From assembly GCA_963675595.2 (NCBI GenBank), contig CAXXLZ010000003.1, positions 217,358-281,357 of the forward strand: a DNA stretch of 64,000 nt. Reading direction: 5' to 3'. The position numbers were made by a program, and so were the translations under genes. Shown here in pieces: positions 50,573 to 56,929 of the stretch. Every line of letters begins with the position of its first letter. Within the stretch, counting starts at the first letter, position 1. This stretch comes from Thermodesulfobacteriota bacterium (GTDB lineage: Bacteria; Desulfobacterota; Desulfarculia; JACQYL01). The notes under the pieces are model-generated. The model was given only the letters and a program-made list of their open reading frames with translations, ran no database searches and was not told the origin of the DNA.

Positions 50573-52768
50573 TTACTTTCCCGAAATGCTCTTGACGAGC
50601 CGCAAGCCCAAATGGGGACCGCGGTCCTCTTCTTTGCCGTATAGGCGGTTGGCGGAACGGCAGTTTCTGGCGCGATTGTTCCAACCGCCGCCGCGAAACA
50701 CCCGGGTCGCTCCGGAAGCGGGTCCCAGTGGATCTCGCTGTGAGAGCAGGCGGTAATCCCCATAACCGTCTTGAACCCATTCCCAGACATTGCCGTGCAT
50801 GTCATACAAGCCCCATGCGTTGGGAGACAGGGAGGCCGCCGGAACCGTTTCTTCACGGTATACACCTCGCCGGCAACCCGGGGGCGGGTGGTTCCCATTA
50901 TAGTTGACGTCCTCGGTCAAGACACAGATACCAAAAGAATAGGGTGTAGTTGACCCGGCACGGGCGGCATACTCCCACTCTGCCTCCGTAGGTAGCCTGT
51001 AGTGATCGGAGCCTGCAAGCAGGTTCAATTTCTTGATGAAATGCCGGCAATCAATCCAGGATACCTGTTCCACAGGGCAATCGTCTCCGCATTTCGAAAA
51101 ATAGGAGGGATTCGAGCCCATGACTTCTCGCCACTGGCCCTGGGTCACCTCAGTGGTCTGAACATAGAAGCCGTGGGTGAGCGTGACTTCATGGGGCGTT
51201 TCGTCATTGTCTCTCATCATTTCAAGTTCGGTACTACCCATCCTGAAGGTGCCGGGTACAACGTACTGAAATTCCATCCCCAGTGAATTAACCAGCTTTG
51301 AGTCTTTGGTTCTTTCCCAATAAATAGGGCCAACCTTTGGAACCTCAACCCTGCTTGTGCTTTTTGGTTCGATTTCGGATATCGCTTCGTACTCGGTAAC
51401 CCTGATGGAGTACATTGGAGATGGACTCGGAATGTGAGTAAACACCAAGCTGAATGGTATACGGCCTCCCGCTGCGATATACTCGTTGAAGCGATCTCGT
51501 CCTTCTCGGGTATTCACTGCCCTGGAAAGCTGCGAGAGGGTGAGATTATTGATTTCGTTGTCCGTCCATCGATTTCCGGCATAGGCAACAGTCTTGAAAA
51601 GCGGTAGCACTTCCTTGTTCGCCTGTGAACGGAGCAATCCTTGAACACGTAGAGAACGCACCGGATAAGGGTTGTTGTTCCTGATCCTTCCCTGGACAAC
51701 GAAAATGAGACCGAGTGCGTCCGCCTGGATGAACCGCCCTTCAACTTCGTGCAAGGTGAAGAAATTGGACTCTCCTTCTTCTTCAACATATCTCGGGAGC
51801 TCTGGCGTCTCTCGGGAAGGCTCCGTGGGTTGCGTGACGGTCTCTATAGGTTTTACTTGCTCGGTCTTTTGACTATCAGGAGGATTCGAACGCGTTGAAT
51901 CACCGTCGGGCTCAGTTAATTCCTTAACCTGGGATGCTTCCGGTTCGGGTTGGGGGGACTCGATCCGTTCAACCGATTCTACTCCTCCCTCCTTTTCGGG
52001 TTGGGGGGACTCGATCCGTTCAACCGATTCTACTCCTCCCTCCTTTTCATTCCCAGGTGCAATATTCTTGCTTTTTCGTTTGTCGTTTGGAAGAGCCGAA
52101 ATGCCGTGCTTGTCCATAAGGTCCTTTAGTTCGGTTGAAGCAATCGCGATGTTGAGGTTTTGACCTGCAACATAGGACTCGGTAGCAACGCCAATCACCA
52201 TGCCTTTGGAATTCAGCACCGGCCCCCCGCTGCTTCCCGGTGATATGGGAGCCGTGATCTGGATGATTTTCACGGACTTGATTTCCCTGATCGCACTGAC
52301 CATTCCGTCTGAAAAGGTGCCCTCCAATCCCAAAGGATTGCCGACCACGAATACCTGATCTCCAACTTCCAAATCCAAGTTGTGCGAAAGGGTTAAGGGA
52401 GGTGCCTGGATTCCGGGAACCGCCAGTAGAACCAAGTCGTGTTCCGTATCCGATGCGATGACTCCTTCAATTGCCTGAACATCTTCCCGACCGATTATCT
52501 TTACAACACCCAAAGTAGAATCTTTGATTACATGGTAGTTTGAAGCCACAACACCCTTCTTTACTATGAAGCCGCTCCCGAATGAAATCGGTTTTCGATT
52601 TTCATCGGCCATCACCAGTAGTACCACGGAAGGGAAAACTTCTTTGGCTATTTCACTGGGTGTCTTTGCTTTTGTGATATTAGGGAGAAGCAAGCAGTTT
52701 ATAAAGAGGAAATGAATAATAAAGGTGATTCTCAAGCGATTATGGCTAATTTTGCATGCTCCGGTCAT
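50573..52768 (-). CDS. secreted multidomain protein: trypsin-like serine protease + repeat linker + DUF3426-like domain + FGE-sulfatase (SUMF1) domain
   Basis: Signal peptide; catalytic triad contexts SNYHVI / EHDLVLL / PGSSGGPVLN; C-terminal HGFYVQTTEVTQGQW, YRLPTEAEWEYAARAG, HGNVWEWVQD and FRGGGW. Confidence 0.8.
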   Translation of the reverse strand: MTGACKISHNRLRITFIIHFLFINCLLLPNITKAKTPSEIAKEVFPSVVLLVMADENRKPISFGSGFIVKKGVVASNYHVIKDSTLGVVKIIGREDVQAIEGVIASDTEHDLVLLAVPGIQAPPLTLSHNLDLEVGDQVFVVGNPLGLEGTFSDGMVSAIREIKSVKIIQITAPISPGSSGGPVLNSKGMVIGVATESYVAGQNLNIAIASTELKDLMDKHGISALPNDKRKSKNIAPGNEKEGGVESVERIESPQPEKEGGVESVERIESPQPEPEASQVKELTEPDGDSTRSNPPDSQKTEQVKPIETVTQPTEPSRETPELPRYVEEEGESNFFTLHEVEGRFIQADALGLIFVVQGRIRNNNPYPVRSLRVQGLLRSQANKEVLPLFKTVAYAGNRWTDNEINNLTLSQLSRAVNTREGRDRFNEYIAAGGRIPFSLVFTHIPSPSPMYSIRVTEYEAISEIEPKSTSRVEVPKVGPIYWERTKDSKLVNSLGMEFQYVVPGTFRMGSTELEMMRDNDETPHEVTLTHGFYVQTTEVTQGQWREVMGSNPSYFSKCGDDCPVEQVSWIDCRHFIKKLNLLAGSDHYRLPTEAEWEYAARAGSTTPYSFGICVLTEDVNYNGNHPPPGCRRGVYREETVPAASLSPNAWGLYDMHGNVWEWVQDGYGDYRLLSQRDPLGPASGATRVFRGGGWNNRARNCRSANRLYGKEEDRGPHLGLRLVKSISGK
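51947..52048. repeat. perfect 2 x 51-bp tandem duplication inside the protease gene
   Basis: 51947-51997 is identical to 51998-52048. It encodes EKEGGVESVERIESPQP twice. Confidence 0.95.
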
Positions 52769-52799
52769 TATCTTTCAGGCTCTCTCGAAAAAAGTAGGG

Positions 52800-53843
52800 T
52801 CAAAAGCCGTGGAGTTTCTTCAAATACCCGTAAGCTTCGTTAATCTCTTTCATGCGTTGTTCCGCTTCTTCTCTGAAACGGGGCTGTAACTGTTGAACCC
52901 GATCGGGATGGAAATGCATTACAAGGCGTCGGTAAACGGATTTGATCTCCTGTGGTGTGGCACCGTGTGAGAGCCCCAACACCCATAAATGCTCTTCCTC
53001 TGATTTCTGTTTTCGGCTCCCCTTTGACTTCTGTCTTCTTTCTTGTTCTTTATCTCTTTCTTCTCGATACTTGGAAAACGCCGGACCTCGCGTCCCCAAA
53101 ATACTTTCGGCTTGGTTTAAGAGCAATTCTTCCTCCGCACTGAGCCTTTGGTCTGCAGAGGCAATAAGAAAGAGTGCGTCAAGGACGTTAGTGCAGAATG
53201 GTATGTCCGACCCCCAATTGCGCCGAAGCCGGTGGGCATGGAATTCAAAAGGCTGCGGCGATTCCTTCGCGTTGTTGAATACGGAAATAGCGCGTCTGAT
53301 TCCGCCGTCATCAAGTTGGAAGCCGTTTCGGAGGAATTCCTTGACTACCGTGACTTCTCTCGGGTCAATATGTCCGTCTACGCTGGAAATCTTCGCCATG
53401 AGAGCGACAACATCTTCAAGCAGTTGAGAACCTCTGTTTTGTTCCTGTTCCATTCGTCGGTTCGCTTCCACGAAGTTCACCGGATTCGTAGGATTCTTGA
53501 GGATGAAATCGAACAAAGCGCGAATCACGTCTTGATCGATATGCAGCTTGAGGCTCAGCTTCGGACCGAACCACCCGTCTTGCTTCACACTCATTCGGAA
53601 AGGCTCGAATCGGGCTTTGTTCAGATCAAAGATTCTCCCGTCGCCTTCGATTCGTCCGTCCGAATAGAACCGAGCATTTTGATAAACGAAAAAGCCTTCC
53701 CGTTCGAATTGGCCGGCATAAGGGGCCATACGTTTTTCAAATGTCTTTTGTGCTATGTAGCTGTAGGCAACTACGAGTTTAGGTTGCACGAAAAAGGCGT
53801 TTCTCCTCACCGAAACAGGTTTAGGTAGTCCTTTGACGTACAA
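52800..53843 (-). CDS. DjlA-like co-chaperone: novel N-terminal domain + TerB-like domain + C-terminal J-domain
   Basis: TerB-like AKISSVDGHIDPREV and IASADQRLSAEEELLLNQAESILG. The J-domain LGLSHGATPQEIKSVYRRLVMHFHPDRV..EINEAYGYLKKLHGF resembles the E. coli DjlA tail. The start is TTG, and the frame stays open a further 64 codons upstream (to 54035) without a canonical start. Confidence 0.75.
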   Translation of the reverse strand: MYVKGLPKPVSVRRNAFFVQPKLVVAYSYIAQKTFEKRMAPYAGQFEREGFFVYQNARFYSDGRIEGDGRIFDLNKARFEPFRMSVKQDGWFGPKLSLKLHIDQDVIRALFDFILKNPTNPVNFVEANRRMEQEQNRGSQLLEDVVALMAKISSVDGHIDPREVTVVKEFLRNGFQLDDGGIRRAISVFNNAKESPQPFEFHAHRLRRNWGSDIPFCTNVLDALFLIASADQRLSAEEELLLNQAESILGTRGPAFSKYREERDKEQERRQKSKGSRKQKSEEEHLWVLGLSHGATPQEIKSVYRRLVMHFHPDRVQQLQPRFREEAEQRMKEINEAYGYLKKLHGF

Positions 53844-54059
53844 GTCGAGGTTTGTTTCTTGTGTAATTATGATACCACTGTTTCTGGAAACCCAGTGCCA
53901 TCCGATACCCGTAATGTCATTGAAGTTGCAGCGTACCGAACGGTGCTGGAAGCGATCCGGATAGACCTTGAGTTTACCAACGATAAAGGGATTTGAGTCG
54001 GAAATATGAATGGTTTTTGACCCCAGTATGGTTTCTTATTTCAAGTACGGTTCAAGAAC

Positions 54060-54815
54060 TTAGAAATCTTCAGCCCTGATGGACGCGGTACGAAGATTCC
54101 CGTGAGAAACGGGATATAATGTTACGGAGTATCCGTTGATTTGGTTACCATCTGCCTTAAAATTAAAAATCTGTTCAGCCTTGAAGTATGCTGTATCCGC
54201 ACCGAAAAGGTGTTCATAACCATACCACTCATTTCCCAAGGCATAGCGCAACTCGTAACTTCCCAATGGGATGTCTAATTTTACCTTGGATGCTGGATGC
54301 AGGAATACGGAAAGAACTTGGGTCTTGCTGAAATGGTCCACCAACTTGACCAATGTATAGGGGCCTTGTTGCGTTTTGATCTCCAGGGGGGCGACGGCTT
54401 CTCGATTCGTGCTTTTTCGTATCTCGCCGTTGAGAGGTAGCGCCTGTTTGGGGTAAGAAGGCGGCGCTTCCACGATCGCAGGGGGCTGTGGAGTGGGCAA
54501 AACAGGCTTATCTTTGGTTGGCTCGCTGTTCTTGTAAATAAGATAAACCACAACGATGCCGACAATGAGAATGAGAAAGGTTCTCAGTGAGGAGGACGAA
54601 TTCTTACCTTGGCTCATCGCTTCGTCGGAAGCACTGGGCTTTTCCCTCTCTTGCGGGGCTGTATGTGCCTGTCTTGCTTGCGCGGGTTGTTCACCTAAAT
54701 AGGTCCAACAAGCTGCGCAAATGGGCTTTCCTGCACCCACCTGATTTCGAATGAGATTGCGTTTTCCGCAATTGGGGCAGACGACAATGTAATCCGTTTG
54801 CGATGAGGTGTTCAT
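54060..54815 (-). CDS. zinc-ribbon / single-pass membrane protein with unknown C-terminal beta-rich domain
   Basis: CPNC-x15-CAAC zinc ribbon at the N-terminus, TM helix LRTFLILIVGIVVVYLIY, a Pro-rich linker, then about 130 aa of no recognised family. Confidence 0.65.
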   Translation of the reverse strand: MNTSSQTDYIVVCPNCGKRNLIRNQVGAGKPICAACWTYLGEQPAQARQAHTAPQEREKPSASDEAMSQGKNSSSSLRTFLILIVGIVVVYLIYKNSEPTKDKPVLPTPQPPAIVEAPPSYPKQALPLNGEIRKSTNREAVAPLEIKTQQGPYTLVKLVDHFSKTQVLSVFLHPASKVKLDIPLGSYELRYALGNEWYGYEHLFGADTAYFKAEQIFNFKADGNQINGYSVTLYPVSHGNLRTASIRAEDF

Positions 54816-55440
54816 GCCGAGCAGCTTCCTGTGTCTTCAGAGTTAGGCCGATCGGTAGTTTGAACTTGAGATTTCGGCAAGCATGTTCCGTCGGCAGCCG
54901 AAGTCTTCTACAAGACGGAGTGAATCAAATTACGTCTAAGCTGGTTTGCTCCGAAGGACATTGAGAGGCGATTTCCTGTGAAAAAGCCGCTGAAGGGCTG
55001 CTTCCCCGTCCCGACGCCTCTCTCATCGGCAAATTAGACAGAGCCAATTTGTCATAAGCGGTGAAGGAAATCAAGAAGGGAATCGGAGAAAAAGCAAGGA
55101 AGTGAGGGGGATATTTACTATGCAAGTATATTTGGCTTGGTCTTGGAGCTATGTTCTCATGAATATCTCGAAATTTGTTCTACCCGTTTTGCGTCTCGGA
55201 GCCGGCTGGTGGGACGTGGGAACACGGACGAAACGGCAAACCATCCAAGGAAGGGTCCGGCTCCCTCGCAATCAAGCGGTATCCAAACGGACGACGGCTC
55301 TCCGAAATTCGGCGACCGTTGCGTGCGTGTGCAACGGCAACCCCCCGGGGAGAGGTTCAAGGGGGTGGGTGACGCCTATACCCCGGGGGGTGGGGCCTTC
55401 CATCATGGATCGCCGCGGCGACAAGGACTGCTGAACAGAA

Positions 55441-55677
55441 TCAGTCGTCCTCTTCGACCTCTTGAGGCAACCTGAGGTTGTGCCGCCTGGCATCCTCCAG
55501 TGCGGCCTTATCGCCGATCTTGATGAAGAAGGCGCAGGCGGGTTGGTGGTCCTTGTATCCATACCGAATCAGGGCCATTTCTTTCGTTTCGTGCTTGAAA
55601 AGAAACAGGATGGCGACATCCGGTCCGGGATCTTCACCGCGCTCTAAGTAACGGATTCTGGCATCGAGGTTCTTCAT
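55441..55677 (-). CDS. hypothetical small protein (island core module)
   Basis: 78 aa, MKNLDARIRYLERGED.... The ATG overlaps the stop of the upstream gene (ATGA at 55674-55677). Confidence 0.5.
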   Translation of the reverse strand: MKNLDARIRYLERGEDPGPDVAILFLFKHETKEMALIRYGYKDHQPACAFFIKIGDKAALEDARRHNLRLPQEVEEDD

Positions 55678-56087
55678 TGTTTCTCCTTGAAATAGGCCTT
55701 CTCGATAGCCGAGATACGGGCTTCCAAATCTTCCACTTCGGTGGCCTTCAGCCCCATGTCCAGCACGGCCCGGGCCGCCGAAACCCTGGCCGAAGCGCCG
55801 GACTGCGGGTCGTTGATTACGGAGCGAAGCGCTTCCACCCCTTCCGCCATGGCCGCCTGCACCTGCCCGACGGCCCGTCCTACCGCCTCCCTGCGGGCCT
55901 CGCGATAGGCTTCCTTGAATTCTTGGATTCGGAGCCATCGCCAGAGGGTCTTCTCCGAGACTCCCGTGCGTTTGGCGGCTTCCGGAATCGTGGGATGCGT
56001 GAGCAAAGCGGCCACCGCCAGTTCCATCTTTCGGGATAGCTTCTCTCCATGGCCGGTCATCTGGGGACTTCTGCCGTCATCGTTCAT
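55674..56087 (-). CDS. phage/satellite-type HTH DNA-binding protein (small-terminase-like N-terminus?)
   Basis: 137 aa. HTH-like IPEAAKRTGVSEKTLWRWLR followed by a helical tail. Confidence 0.55.
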   Translation of the reverse strand: MNDDGRSPQMTGHGEKLSRKMELAVAALLTHPTIPEAAKRTGVSEKTLWRWLRIQEFKEAYREARREAVGRAVGQVQAAMAEGVEALRSVINDPQSGASARVSAARAVLDMGLKATEVEDLEARISAIEKAYFKEKQ

Positions 56088-56168
56088 GGATCAAATTCCT
56101 TTCCTTCGATATAACCCCCGGCGAGAACGGATGAAGTCCCATCGTGAATCCGCGTCGGGGGCATGACC

Positions 56169-56519
56169 TTAGAGCGTGGGAATGGGCGGCAGCAGGACAT
56201 ATTTCTTTTGTAGACTTTTGGGAACCTTGCGAGCTCTACCCATACGATAGTCGACTTGCCAGCTTTCAACGTAGCGGAAAAACAACAAATCTTTGCCTCT
56301 GCCTTTTGTCAAAATCAAATGACTGGGCGCCTGATAGATCATATGATCCCGAGGTTCGAGGTCACAGGCAAAACAGTCGGCTCTTAAGTCTCCGGATTTC
56401 ATCCTTCTTGGATTCAATCCCCACTCTAGCAAGTGCCGGTAAAATGCTTCATAGTCGGAGAGTCCATCGCCTTCAACTTTGATGGTGTTCTTGTTGTTGA
56501 TCACGTTTTCTCTTTTCAT
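56169..56519 (-). CDS. hypothetical protein
   Basis: 116-aa ORF, co-directional with the island core genes. No family recognised. Confidence 0.4.
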   Translation of the reverse strand: MKRENVINNKNTIKVEGDGLSDYEAFYRHLLEWGLNPRRMKSGDLRADCFACDLEPRDHMIYQAPSHLILTKGRGKDLLFFRYVESWQVDYRMGRARKVPKSLQKKYVLLPPIPTL

Positions 56520-56563
56520 ATACTTGTTCTCCGATGACTTCTATTAGAGATTATCCGTTTGCC

Positions 56564-56770
56564 TCAAGGGGCATTCCAACCGCGCTTCGTCACAGGGGCG
56601 AGGATGGACCGCTTTTCCCCGCAGTGTTCGCAGTCGGCGATTCCGGGTCTGTGTTTGAGGGGTGGTTCCGAATTGAGTGTAAGGCTTCCAATCTTATTGG
56701 CTCCGATTCCGTGCAAGACGTGTAAGGGTGAAAGATCGGCCTCCAAGTCCCTGAAATTACAGGCTTTCAC
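56564..56770 (-). CDS. hypothetical small protein (weak)
   Basis: 68-aa GTG ORF. Two iteron copies fall inside it, so it may be non-coding. Confidence 0.25.
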   Translation of the reverse strand: MKACNFRDLEADLSPLHVLHGIGANKIGSLTLNSEPPLKHRPGIADCEHCGEKRSILAPVTKRGWNAP

Positions 56771-56886
56771 TTCTTACACCTTCTTCCACTTTGGAATTCA
56801 TGAGGTGAAAGCCGAAAATCCTCATATAAGATATTGAATTATTTGGATCTATTCGATTTTCTTTCACCACTGGCACGCCTTTCACC
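56727..56886. repeat. iteron-like cluster of the octamer CTTTCACC / GGTGAAAG
   Basis: Perfect copies at 56727-56734(-), 56804-56811(-), 56861-56868(+) and 56879-56886(+). One imperfect copy at 56764-56771 (CTTTCACT). The cluster lies directly downstream of the primase-helicase gene. Confidence 0.7.
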
Positions 56887-56929
56887 GCTTATGAACGGAG
56901 TTGCCCAGGCAACAAAATGGTCGACCACC

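Noticed and set aside
51947-52048. Possibility that the 51-bp repeats are a mini CRISPR array.
   Set aside because: The two copies are directly adjacent with no spacer, lie in frame inside a well-supported CDS, and no cas genes are present.
56866-56886. Sigma54-like TGGCACG..TTCACC string.
   Set aside because: The -12 element lacks TTGC, it is on the plus strand while the neighbouring genes are on the minus strand, and the sequence is better explained as part of the iteron cluster.
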